A stretch of 30,723 nt of DNA from a virus (Duplodnaviria > Caudoviricetes). Positions 9,801 through 19,900 of the stretch are shown in pieces. A model generated the notes under the pieces. That model saw nothing but the letters and a program-made list of their open reading frames with translations, was not told the origin of the DNA and ran no database searches. The stretch lies in the IMG/VR virus record IMGVR_UViG_3300047364_000195, positions 1-30,723 of that record; one strand, given 5' to 3'. A program made the position numbers and the translations under genes. Within the stretch, counting starts at the first letter, position 1. Each line of letters starts with the position of its first letter.

Positions 9801-12800
9801 AGCATAAGTATCAACTGTTAATTTATCTGCATCAGTTGCACTAGATGTAAATCTGAAAGTCTTGACACCAGTAGAAACTCTAAGTTCTTCTGCAGTATCA
9901 TCATAGTCTACTGTGTTTACATCACCAGTCCAAGTAGCATTTTCTAATGGTGGCATACCAGCAGGTAGTACAATTGTACCACTAACATTACCATCAGAAT
10001 CAGTAGTTACTTTTCCATTAAATACGGAAGGTGAATTACCTGCAACTCCAGTAAAACGAATATCAGGATTTACCCAACGACTAATATCTCTACCTTCTAA
10101 GAATACAGAGACAGTAGTATTTGGCTTCATCCTCTTAACAACAAACTTGATAGGTACACTTCTAGCAAAGAATTGTAATGCAGAAGAAACACTATTTCCT
10201 CTTACAGTTTTAGACTGAACACCCTTAGCAACATCATTATTTTGTGGACTAATATTAGAAGAACTATTAACTGCTGCAGCAACTACAGAAGTCTTTGCTG
10301 CTTCTCTATTCTCATCACCAAGTGAATTAATAGATGTAAATGATGGAGAAGAACCGACCCAGTTTACAACAAATGAATTATGTAAAGAAGAGAAACTTTC
10401 TTTTACATCAACTTTTGCTAAGAATATCTTATAAAGATCAGTATTAGTATCAACAACTAGAGGTTCTGTATGTTGATCATACCATTGATCAATACTTGGA
10501 GAAATATTAGCATCACCAACATATTGTAGAACAACAAATGGATTTGGATTAAGTGTCTTTGATGCAGCAGTATTACCCAATAAGTTTAGGTTAGTAAATG
10601 GTAGTGTAACAACACCATTTGAATTTTTATATCCAGAAACAAATCTTTGATCATCTCTGACATTAATTTCTTTAAGGAATAATGAATCTTCTCTAGACTG
10701 TGGACGTAAAACTGATTGTTGTGAATCAATAGAACATTGATAATCTAGTGATCCTAGGTTACCACTTCTATGTGCTTCAAAATTATCAACTAAGAATCCA
10801 GACTTAAATCTGTCTAGACCAATATCATCCTTAACTTGCATGTTAAGTGCTTGCTGTTCTAGGATACTAAGAGTAGTATAGTATTCTAATCTCTCAATAC
10901 GTTTCTCCAACTTACCAATATCACGCATTGTATAACGCTTGTTATCAACTGGAGTAATTCTTACATCTTTGCTATCACCAGTGAATGCTGGAATATACGC
11001 ATAGAATAGAGGAATTGCATCATCAACTGGATCTGGTTTAGATGGGTTAAGGGATGAGTTACCTTCTTTAACAATAAACTTACCATTCTTATTAAGGAAT
11101 ACACCATCAATTCTATCAAGATATTGAATCTGACTAAATGCGAGAGTATACTCTAAGTTAGAATCAGATGCAGGTGATGCAGCAATAATAGAACCAGCAC
11201 CAGCAAAACTACTGGTAGTAACAGATAATGAAGACTTATCTTGGAAACCAGCAATAGTTGTATTACTGTCTACTTTTGGTCTAAAATCAAGAACGTTCTT
11301 AAGGTTAACTCTTCCAAGTACAGATGAATCAAATGAACCAATTTCACTTTCTGTAACACCTGCTTCATGTAAGTAACTATCAATAGTACAGAAGTCTCCT
11401 TGTGAATGCTCAAAATAATCAAATGCAATAACTAATTGACCAGATGTTTGAGTTGCACCTGGTTTAAGAACAAGTCTGGATACATCATAAACAGTATCTC
11501 TTTGACCACTGTCAAATGTAAATCTATCAGTAACATCAGTACCTTCAATTAGATTACCTGCAGTATCAACAGTAGGTGGTCTAGTTGCACTACCTTCATA
11601 AACATAGAGTAGTTTGTATGCATCAGAATATGATAGAACTTCTACAACTTCAGTATCATAGTTACTTCCTCTAAATGGGATAATTCTATCACCAGAGGAA
11701 GTAACAACGATTCTTCTCTTCTCAATAGAAGTTTTAATTCTTGGTTTTGCATTCTCAACTTCTAGAGTTGCAGTCAACTTAAGTTTAGGGAATGCTCCAT
11801 TAGTAGGAATAGTACCAAAGTAAGTTGATGGTAACTCCAAACTAATAGAACCAGCAGTTAATCCACTAGCAGTATCAGTAGAAGATGAAATAGTTATTGC
11901 ATCTTTGTCGATGTATACAATATCACCTTTTATTATATTAGGTGCATCACCTGGATCCAAAACTGTAGTAATATAATTCTCTTCGCTATATGCAGCAAAT
12001 CTTTGTGTACCAAATGATAGTTGTGCAGCAAAGGTAATAACACCACCAGAAGATGCTGCTGTAGTTACAAAATCTCTACGGAAGAAATACTTGATACCAG
12101 TTTCTTCAGCATTCTTAGAGATTCTTTTAATCTGACGACTACCTGTTGGGAACAATAGTGTTCCTTGATTTGAACTTTCAACTCTAGGACGTAATCTAGT
12201 AATACTGGTGTTTACAACATCACCAGGTAATACACTGTCCAAATAAACTCTAGTCTTAGATGTTCCTTCCTTTATTGTTGCATATTGAACAACAGAAGTT
12301 ACAATTTGATTATCTGAAGTAGCGAACTGAACAACATCTCCCTGCTGTAGTAATAGACTTGCATCAGCATTGAAACTTGTAGATTCAATAAAGTTATATC
12401 CTCTATTTCCAAAGAATGTGAAGTCAGTAACAGACTTAAGTTCTGCAAATTCTTGATCATTAGTGACAACATCAGCAGTGAAAACATTCTCCTTAGCAGA
12501 ACCATACTCAGCACCAAGTGACTTAACATTCTGTGGTACATATGTACTAACAGCATTCCTTACCATTACAGGTAAAACAACAGCAGCAATTGAAGGACTT
12601 GAAGTACCAGTAGGAATTTTAACTGTAATTGCAGGTGGTTCTGCATATTCTGTTGCAGAAAGAGCACTCTTATTATTAACTAGGCATTGATAAAATGCTC
12701 CACTACCCAACTTGAATAATTCAACAACTGAAGTATCAAACTCAACACCATTAACAAGTAGGGTAGAATTATCTGGATATCCTAAACCAGGATTATGAAC

Positions 12801-15017
12801 AATAAAGTGTGATATAGTATTATCTTTAGCAATCTTTGAAGTTACAGAATCTTCGTCTCTAATTGTCTCACCAGACTTAAATCTTCCAGATAGAGTTTTA
12901 ACATATAAGATTTTACCTACAGAGTATACACCTGAAGGACCACCTTCTACTACACCATACGCACCACTGTCTAGACCAAAGACATATTTACCAATACCAA
13001 ATCCTGCTGCTGCAGGTGGTGCATCTAGAATAATTTTAGTAAAGAATTCTGGATCAAAATACGATAAACCAAAGATACCATTATATGAATCATCACCACC
13101 AGCAAGACGACCACGTGAAAGAATAATATCTCTATCTGAATTAAAACCAGATGGTCTCTTCTTAAGGAAGAAGTTATTTGGTTTTGCTCTACCAACCAAA
13201 GGTGTTATTGTTTCAGCATAGTCTACAATATAACCATACGAATTATTATCTGAAGACGCATCTGCATCTGTTAAGAATAATCTTCTTTGCTTACCAGCAT
13301 CTCCAAGATCATATTCAACCATTAAATTTTCTAGATCATCCTTTTTACCAGAGATGGTTAGTTCTAGATACTGATAACTTACGCTAGAATTAAGAAGAGG
13401 TTTGTTTACTTTAGCATATGCCAGTGACTTAACTGTCCCAACAGATGTAGCAGTACCAGAATCGTTTCTAGTCTTTACGAAATATAAAGTACCAAGAAGA
13501 GTCTCAAAATTAGAATCAGTGAGACCAGCAAGAACATTGGTAAGATTATCAATATCCAGTGTAATAGTCTTTACTGCGTCATCAGAAGAGAAAATTTTAC
13601 CTCTTCTACTAATAGTCTGACGATGAGCATTCGCATCTTCAGTATTATTGCTGCCAATAGAACCATCATTAGCAACAGAATACAAATTAACATAAGGATA
13701 CGCAGTAAGATCTGCACCCTCTTTGTTTAGAGGAACACTACCATATACATTGGTAATTGCATATGTTGGAAGAGGTTTTGTTTTGACCCTTACATTCTCA
13801 CTACTTAGACTTTCTCTTGCTTTATTAATTTCAATATACTTTGTCTCTTTATTGACAATTTCATACCCTCTAATATATGCTTTACCTGAACCAAGGCTAG
13901 CAATCATCTTTCTGTCTGCTTCACCTTCTGTCAATCCATTGTATAAACCAAACTCATCTTCTTTATACAATCCACCATTACGATCTTTCTGTGCATACTC
14001 TCTGATATCAACAGAGAAATTATCCACAATATAATCACCACTTTCATCAAATGTTCTTCTAGCAAGAGTAGATTCAATCAAACTATAATTAGTTGGACTG
14101 ACTTTCTTTTGTACAGAACCTCTATAAGTTGTGATAAGTTGAATAAAATTCTTATCAGTTTTCTCTCCTACAGCAAATTTCTTAAGTTTGAGTGAAATAT
14201 TTAATCTATGTGCACCTGGAGCAGTATGATTGGAAGAACCAATAGAATTATCATATAAACTAGCGTCTTCTTCTGGTGTTACAATCTTTTCAGTGATTGT
14301 GAAACCAACATTAGCGGAAGGTACATTATAATAGTCGTCAATGACAAGTAATTGCTTATCGTTACGAACGAAGAAACCATTGACAAAATAGATGCCTTCT
14401 TCTACCTTAACAGCAGAAGCATAACCCATTGCTGGACTTTCGATTGAAGTTACGTCTCCAGTATCAGGATTAGTTAATTGAATACTGGTGGGGAGTACGC
14501 TACCATCAGTACCAACAACTAATAGAGGTGTGTTAACGCCATCAACAACTTCTAGGGTTTCACCCTGTCTAAAAGTAGTGTCTGTATTAGAATTACCACT
14601 GTTCAAATAGTTAACATAGAGTGTATCAGCGGATACATCTGTTAAAACCTTAGTATCTAAGACAGTAGCAGTAACACCAGAGGATAAACCTCTCAATTCA
14701 GTTCCTACTAATTGAGAAATGTCATATTTCTTGTATACAATATTCTGTCCGTCATTAATTGCAACTTCTGAAACAGAAGACAACTTAACATAGTCTAGTT
14801 TAGTATTCAGACCAACTTCGCCAGGAACAACTAAATCTCCTTGCTTGAAGGCATACTTACCAAAACTCTCAATCTGATTCTGTAGAATAGATTGTAGTTG
14901 TGTTAACTCTCTCGTCTGGATAGAATATCCTGGACGAAAAAGTATTTTATAAAAATTCTTACTTCCGTCGAAATCCTCGTAATAAGGATTTACGTTTAGA
15001 TTTGTCTTCTGGGGCAT
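6882..15017 (-). CDS. vrlC: VrlC-like (DUF4815) large virion structural protein
   Basis: N-terminus MPQKTNLNVNPYYEDF...ILFRPGYSIQTRELTQLQSILQNQIE, internal motifs APGAHRL, LARRTFDESGDY, RYTMRDIGKLEKRIERLEYYTTLS, PLAQTF, and C-terminus VPKIQDIRAVA. Lies directly after gp8, as in cyanomyoviruses. Confidence 0.85.
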   Translation of the reverse strand: MPQKTNLNVNPYYEDFDGSKNFYKILFRPGYSIQTRELTQLQSILQNQIESFGKYAFKQGDLVVPGEVGLNTKLDYVKLSSVSEVAINDGQNIVYKKYDISQLVGTELRGLSSGVTATVLDTKVLTDVSADTLYVNYLNSGNSNTDTTFRQGETLEVVDGVNTPLLVVGTDGSVLPTSIQLTNPDTGDVTSIESPAMGYASAVKVEEGIYFVNGFFVRNDKQLLVIDDYYNVPSANVGFTITEKIVTPEEDASLYDNSIGSSNHTAPGAHRLNISLKLKKFAVGEKTDKNFIQLITTYRGSVQKKVSPTNYSLIESTLARRTFDESGDYIVDNFSVDIREYAQKDRNGGLYKEDEFGLYNGLTEGEADRKMIASLGSGKAYIRGYEIVNKETKYIEINKARESLSSENVRVKTKPLPTYAITNVYGSVPLNKEGADLTAYPYVNLYSVANDGSIGSNNTEDANAHRQTISRRGKIFSSDDAVKTITLDIDNLTNVLAGLTDSNFETLLGTLYFVKTRNDSGTATSVGTVKSLAYAKVNKPLLNSSVSYQYLELTISGKKDDLENLMVEYDLGDAGKQRRLFLTDADASSDNNSYGYIVDYAETITPLVGRAKPNNFFLKKRPSGFNSDRDIILSRGRLAGGDDSYNGIFGLSYFDPEFFTKIILDAPPAAAGFGIGKYVFGLDSGAYGVVEGGPSGVYSVGKILYVKTLSGRFKSGETIRDEDSVTSKIAKDNTISHFIVHNPGLGYPDNSTLLVNGVEFDTSVVELFKLGSGAFYQCLVNNKSALSATEYAEPPAITVKIPTGTSSPSIAAVVLPVMVRNAVSTYVPQNVKSLGAEYGSAKENVFTADVVTNDQEFAELKSVTDFTFFGNRGYNFIESTSFNADASLLLQQGDVVQFATSDNQIVTSVVQYATIKEGTSKTRVYLDSVLPGDVVNTSITRLRPRVESSNQGTLLFPTGSRQIKRISKNAEETGIKYFFRRDFVTTAASSGGVITFAAQLSFGTQRFAAYSEENYITTVLDPGDAPNIIKGDIVYIDKDAITISSSTDTASGLTAGSISLELPSTYFGTIPTNGAFPKLKLTATLEVENAKPRIKTSIEKRRIVVTSSGDRIIPFRGSNYDTEVVEVLSYSDAYKLLYVYEGSATRPPTVDTAGNLIEGTDVTDRFTFDSGQRDTVYDVSRLVLKPGATQTSGQLVIAFDYFEHSQGDFCTIDSYLHEAGVTESEIGSFDSSVLGRVNLKNVLDFRPKVDSNTTIAGFQDKSSLSVTTSSFAGAGSIIAASPASDSNLEYTLAFSQIQYLDRIDGVFLNKNGKFIVKEGNSSLNPSKPDPVDDAIPLFYAYIPAFTGDSKDVRITPVDNKRYTMRDIGKLEKRIERLEYYTTLSILEQQALNMQVKDDIGLDRFKSGFLVDNFEAHRSGNLGSLDYQCSIDSQQSVLRPQSREDSLFLKEINVRDDQRFVSGYKNSNGVVTLPFTNLNLLGNTAASKTLNPNPFVVLQYVGDANISPSIDQWYDQHTEPLVVDTNTDLYKIFLAKVDVKESFSSLHNSFVVNWVGSSPSFTSINSLGDENREAAKTSVVAAAVNSSSNISPQNNDVAKGVQSKTVRGNSVSSALQFFARSVPIKFVVKRMKPNTTVSVFLEGRDISRWVNPDIRFTGVAGNSPSVFNGKVTTDSDGNVSGTIVLPAGMPPLENATWTGDVNTVDYDDTAEELRVSTGVKTFRFTSSATDADKLTVDTYAEVKYYATGVLPENPSSIISTKPSFFKANEGVQFVDSNTDNPVRPNPLAQTFKIENFDGGVFTTGVDLYVSKKSSSIPVKVYLTNVESDKPGKNIIPGTEKVLSPSTLLKFYSNGNVYVTKGEMVTGATSAASGPVDKIIDKNGVDLVASSSGKFLLTNEQVYTLVLSNHNGRSFNQNEDLIVPSITLANNTEGTSGRLTLAKDSGKVSAIKISNVGANYENAIVTIESPQLPGGSVATTRIEVSEGKIYNAEVSLPGFGYTEPPSVVIKGIGNGSGGAVLETQIEIDAPAVRMGVATDQEGITNSTIPSYFEFDHPVYLQNNTEYALAVETDSTDYELWASKLGEIDISTSTVITTQPSLGSVYRSQNVDNWTEDNFEDLKFTLYRAEFDITRTASLELTNESLGYDLLSKNPFETNASANTQATSKLFGNNNSIVNVNHKDHGFETSGKSYVFFKQAVETGGVTSDILNSSLFQVKNSGIDSYNIISSIPSSGSGTGGGTQAYASYNRKFELLYPQVQYLTFTSTKLLSEVKTTNVQSVDSTDTTFPSYSQTEYEKTFLNEPHYFSNQKMIASNINETLNSIDNSLVYKLSLSSTVSHLSPVVDLGTTSVKTVTNRVEQAEGVEDRFGRRDQIVEFYPVYKFQLTGMGGTEIQTDQAVEGYTSKAVGTIAKVDGLTVYVRVKTSQLFTRGERMSLGNQPGVVATITVDGVDVEVPAAVVDTNLIQEFVDIADSATIEARNPSTITEVYTNKITGKAVIWNNKTQKLTLRTDVHPINDSFTDRIQDGLFYNRNSVVADQLSDIFRVGDFIKYPNQPDDEARFWEIGSIEYTNGINFVPENTSKNTSAIAKYVSKEVSISNPATALNVHLTMNTKDLANVKVLFKYKKASTQENFDDIDWEFFNGNGHPDVSDIATPENTISSVVEKQSSYQDITYSASGLPEFSSFAVKIVMRSNDPAYVPKIQDIRAVAAF

Positions 15018-15051
15018 CGTACTCCGCCAAACACTAGCATCTTGTCAATAA

Positions 15052-15058
15052 TATTTAG
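15052..15058 (-). promoter_or_regulatory. Putative late promoter (CTAAATA) for the vrlC-like gene
   Basis: Lies just downstream of the terminator U-tract, followed by SD-like GGCGGAG (15022-15028) 4 nt before the ATG at 15017. Confidence 0.65.
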
Positions 15059-15065
15059 CAGAGAT

Positions 15066-15093
15066 AAAAAAAATCCCCTGATTTCTCAGGGGA
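15066..15093 (-). terminator. Rho-independent terminator after gp8
   Basis: Minus strand reads TCCCCTGA-GAAA-TCAGGGGA-TTTTTTTT: a perfect 8-bp stem, GNRA tetraloop and 8-U tract, starting about 25 nt after the gp8 stop. Confidence 0.92.
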
Positions 15094-15117
15094 CTTGTAT
15101 TTATTAATATCTTTAAC

Positions 15118-16920
15118 TTAGAACTCGATAACAAGTTTGATATCTTCAATCTGGTCAGGAGCACGAGTGATTAGTCGTCTGTTCTCAACGTAGATGATGT
15201 CACCAGAGTTAGGTTCGATCTCAGGAGTAGCAAGTCCAGAAGAGAAGGATGAACCAAGAAGAGTACCAGAGTAACCAGTTTCAACGTTACCAGCCGCTGC
15301 GGAAGAACCACCAGAAAGTTGGTTAGAACCATTACTTTCAAAATCTCTTACAGTACCTTGATCTGTATGTGCATCAATAGTTTGAACATACTTAAGAACA
15401 CCAGCAGTTGTAGAACCTTGATCCAATGTCCAAGAAACAACAGTTCCTTTCGCAGTACCACCAGTTACAGTCTGCTCAAATTGCTCATCAGGGATGAAGT
15501 CAGCATTTGCACCAGTAACCTTAATTGCCTTAAGACCAGAACGGGTGTCAGCAGTACAAGGAGTAGTAGTACCGAAGTTAAGAGGATCCTTAATAATACC
15601 GATTCTACGGAAGTCGTTGTCAACAGGGAAATCACCAGAACCTTCAGCGTAAGTCAAGCGGATGTTAGTCATCACACGCTTACCATTCAATTCTATTTCA
15701 TGATCTGAACCATGACCACCTTGAGGAGGAAGAACAACTTCAATAGCACCAACTGCGTTACCAGGAGTACCAACAGGAGTAGTCAAACCTGCTTCCCCGA
15801 AGAGATTACCATTAGTTAGAAGAACGTTGGCATAGGTATAACCTGATCCACGTGTCTCAACTTCTACTGCAGTTATTGAACCATCACTAGAAATTTTAAG
15901 AACACCACCTGTACCATCACCTTTGACGCTAGTGTAGAATACACCTGAAGGCCAGTTAGCACCAGAGTTCTCAACTACAGCAACGTCAAGTGAACCTGCA
16001 ACTGCAATACCTTCCACTGCCTGACGGGTAGAACCTGCAGTAGAAAGAGTGATAGGCATGAAGTCTGAAGAAAGGAATCTTAGAACATCATCAGTAGGCA
16101 TCTGGTACATAAACTTCCAGATATAACCTGCAGAAGCACTTTCAGTGTAGATACCAGTAGCAGAATTGTATTGACCAGATGAAGTCTTAGGCTCTTCAGT
16201 AGCATCCTGACCAGTGGTGTTACCAGGACCTTCACCGTTGTAAAGACACTTGAACACTTCGTAATCAGAGTTCATAACATAGAACTTAGCATTAGCGATA
16301 GCATCAGCACCAGTTGCTGTTTGCTTACCTACTTGACCACCACCTGCAGGTGTTGCAGAGTAGTCAGGCTTCCACATATCAAATCTTGGGTTAGCAACAG
16401 TGTCCCAGTTGTAACGACGGATTACCGTTCTTGCATATGCATTACCGATACGCTTTGCTGCAATGATCTCGTCATAAACACTAAGTTTTTCTGTCTGGTT
16501 GTCTAGAGGAAGAGGTGGAATCTCTTCAGTTGCATAACGGTAAACACCAGTAGAGGCAGTAACACCAGTTGTTGTACTTCCACCATCAGCAGTTTCTTGG
16601 ATGGTAACTCCTAATGAAGGTGGAGTTGAAGTAGTATTTGGGAAAACGTCGGAAAGAAGAAGCGCGGTATCATTAACACCAGCAATAGTGGCACGGAATG
16701 CTGTGGATCCATAAGTACCGACATATATTTCGTTTCCTACGGTGAAGGTTCCTCCCGATTGTCCGTAGAGTTCTAGATATGCCTTCCACGGTTGGGGTCG
16801 TCCCACAAAGAAGTACATTCTAGTTCTTTCTGCGCTAGTATCTGTAGCGCCTTCAGTTAGCGATTCTAGGAATTGCTTCGCATTAAAAATTCTAAATTTA
16901 TCTGAGATAATAGCAGCCAT
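15118..16920 (-). CDS. gp8: Baseplate wedge subunit gp8
   Basis: MAAIISDKFRIFNAKQF, MYFFVGRPQPW, FYVMNSDYEVFKCLYN, GYIWKFMY and C-terminal GDIIYVENRRLITRAPDQIEDIKLVIEF are T4-like gp8 motifs; follows gp7. Confidence 0.92.
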   Translation of the reverse strand: MAAIISDKFRIFNAKQFLESLTEGATDTSAERTRMYFFVGRPQPWKAYLELYGQSGGTFTVGNEIYVGTYGSTAFRATIAGVNDTALLLSDVFPNTTSTPPSLGVTIQETADGGSTTTGVTASTGVYRYATEEIPPLPLDNQTEKLSVYDEIIAAKRIGNAYARTVIRRYNWDTVANPRFDMWKPDYSATPAGGGQVGKQTATGADAIANAKFYVMNSDYEVFKCLYNGEGPGNTTGQDATEEPKTSSGQYNSATGIYTESASAGYIWKFMYQMPTDDVLRFLSSDFMPITLSTAGSTRQAVEGIAVAGSLDVAVVENSGANWPSGVFYTSVKGDGTGGVLKISSDGSITAVEVETRGSGYTYANVLLTNGNLFGEAGLTTPVGTPGNAVGAIEVVLPPQGGHGSDHEIELNGKRVMTNIRLTYAEGSGDFPVDNDFRRIGIIKDPLNFGTTTPCTADTRSGLKAIKVTGANADFIPDEQFEQTVTGGTAKGTVVSWTLDQGSTTAGVLKYVQTIDAHTDQGTVRDFESNGSNQLSGGSSAAAGNVETGYSGTLLGSSFSSGLATPEIEPNSGDIIYVENRRLITRAPDQIEDIKLVIEF

Positions 16921-16956
16921 TGGTTTTCTTTTCCGACGTAGTGTTTGTGCCTGATT

Positions 16957-16975
16957 TATTTATACGTTTATTTAG
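16957..16975 (-). promoter_or_regulatory. Tandem T4-like late promoter motifs upstream of gp8
   Basis: Perfect TATAAATA at 16957-16964 and CTAAATA at 16969-16975 (overlapping the gp7 stop), in the 51-nt gap before the gp8 ATG. Confidence 0.8.
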
Positions 16976-19900
16976 TCAATTGTGAAAGGTACGATCTCCG
17001 CATCGACACCAATCTGATTATCACCCCTATACTGTACGCATCCAGTAAAGGTATTTGCGTTCTTACCCGTGTATTCTATGACACCCGTTTGACCAGGAAC
17101 CGATACTTCAAAATCCTCATATGATATAGTATTTGCATCAGGATTTTGTTGCGCCGTAGGCGGAGCAAAGGTTCCTGAATACCTAGCAATATTGCTGACA
17201 TGAACTCCATCTATGTATCCATGGAAGCAATCCAAACCAGTAGCTATATTACTACTACCAATCTGAATCATAGCATTTCCACCTACTGACCATGCATTTG
17301 AGTCAGCAGCCGCACCAGCAAGGGTATAATTTTGAGTATTAGCTTTAGATACTTTTTCTACACCATCAACATAAACTTTAATAGTACCGCTTTCACGAAC
17401 AATCGCAAAATGAGTCCATACAGGGAGTAAATTTCCAATAGCAGTAAACGATTGATCTCCACCATTATAAAATGTCATATTACAAGTATTTGTCTGTTGT
17501 GTATTTTGCATGTATATTGAGAAACCAAATTGAGGCAAGAAGTATTGGAATACTCCTGTATTTTCCCATGCTGCACCTGTTAGAGCATTACCTCCATAGT
17601 AGAATAGTCCAGCAGAAGTAGTACCACCAATGTTAATGACTTCTCTATTAGCCCAGAACTCAATTGTGAAATCACCATCACCAAGTTCAGTATCAGTACC
17701 AACAGACGATAAGAAACTACCGTCACTAGTACCTGCAGTTTCATCAAGGAATACAGAAGTAGTACCAAATTTCTTATCAGCAGTAGTTTCTAAGTTAACA
17801 GTACCTCCACCATATACTTTCTGTTCCCATAGGAAACCAGTTGGTCCTGATACACCAAAACTCTGATGGAACAGGTAACCAGTATCAGGGAAGTTTACTG
17901 TACTATTGACTACAATATCTAAAGCATTCACTCCAGCAGTACCTAAAGGTTGTGTGGTAGCAGATATCGCTAATGGATTCTGGATAGAAGGTGTAGAAAG
18001 ATTAAAGTAATCACCCGCTGTAGTGAAACTAGAATCTGCTCTTTCAACAAAATCGTTGATAGTGAGAGCAGGATATAGTCTCTGTAAACTTTCTAAAGTG
18101 AATCCAGAAACATTTGCTGCACCATCATCAAATGAAACATAGTCCCAAGATCCTAGAGTAGGACCAGCATTAGTCTTAGCATACTGACCAATGTATCCAG
18201 TATCTGCACCAGCAACAGAGTTGATTGGGTAAATGATAGTACCGTCACGTTGTGTAACAGGATATGTTTTTGGATCAAGTTCTACAAATCCATTGAGTCT
18301 TGTCTCTATAGGATCTGTTATGAATACAGTTTCTAGATAACCATCAATTGCTCCAGTAGGAGGTGGAATAATCAACAACTCCAATGCATCACGTTGAACA
18401 GAGATTTCAGTGATTACCTTCTGAATTTCTCCTGCAACGATAGTTATGTTATGCTTAGTTTCTTCAGTAGTAGCAGTGTATTCCGAAGGAACAGTCTTGA
18501 TAGCTTCAACAGTTACACTCTTAAGTGAATCAACAACATCAATGATCTGAAGATCAGCTTCAATGTCTTTAGTTATTTGTTGAATTGTAATTAAAGGCTC
18601 TATCTGAACCTGTTGAGTTGCAACAGTTGCATTATATTGTAGAGTGCCTGGTGTTACATTAACAGCGAATGTTTCAAGTTTATAGTTAACTTGAGTTTCA
18701 AGCGCGGAAATAGAGTCTACTGCAATATCTTTGTTAACTCTAACTTCAATTTGCTGCTCAACACGGGCTTTCTTAACATCAGGTGTTATGACCTGTGTAG
18801 TTCTATTTCTGTCCTGTCCAGTCTCACTACCGCCTCCAAGACCGCTTGCTATACCTCCCATCTCAACGGTGGCCGCTTGAGACTCAACCATTGCAATACC
18901 ACCGTATGCAACAGTTACGGAAGGATCAGGAATCTGTCTTAAATATGTGCCAGCATTCCAGTTCTTTTCAGTAGTTCCGTCTTGTGCTCTCTGTACACTA
19001 ATGAAACGATCAGTACCCTTGCGGAGATATCTAACAACTTCATCACCAATAAGAAGATATCCATTGGATTTAAACTTGGAAGTGTCTGCAACATATGCAA
19101 TAACATCTCCAATATCAAGAGGAACATTAAGGAACGCAGCATTTTCATACTGATTGACATTATCAAGAGAAGTGTTGTAGATTTCTGTCTGTACAGTAGT
19201 TGTAATAACCTTAGCAACATCCAAGTAGTAGACACTGGAACCACTTCTGATATCAATAATCTCACCCATATCAATGTAACCATTGATTTCAGTAAAGTTG
19301 TGGAATGTATTGATAACAGGTACATCCTCTTGTTGTGCTTCTGTAAGTTTAAGTAGAGGTGCAGTAATTCCTCCAGTTAGATCTTCACTTACTGCCTGAT
19401 CTGCTGGCCATATATGAGCAGTAATATCTTTAACTTCGTCAACTGGACTTCTAAAGAAAATAGAAGATAGAGTATTGATACCAGAGACCTGATTTGCAAG
19501 TAGGTCAATGGTAGAACTCATATTTAAACTCAGTGCAACGACTGCGTTAATTTTCAAATCTATTAGAGATACACCAATATCATTCTCTTTTTCAACTTGA
19601 TAACTTCTAGCAACAATAATCTTAGGTGCTTCAGTATATCCAGATCCACCATCAGTCAGGTCTACACTGAGAACTTGACCTTTGCTGACAATGACACGTG
19701 CTCTCGCACCACCACCTTGACCATTTGTAGGTATAAAGTTTAGTACAGGTGGTGTATAATACTGATATGCTGTAGGTTGAGTAATAGGATCATAACTACG
19801 CTGGTTCCAAGTTAGTTTGGTAACACTACCATTTTCAATAGTCGCAACAACTGAAAGACCTTCTCCTCTTGTTACACCATTATATGCTTCTACATTAACA

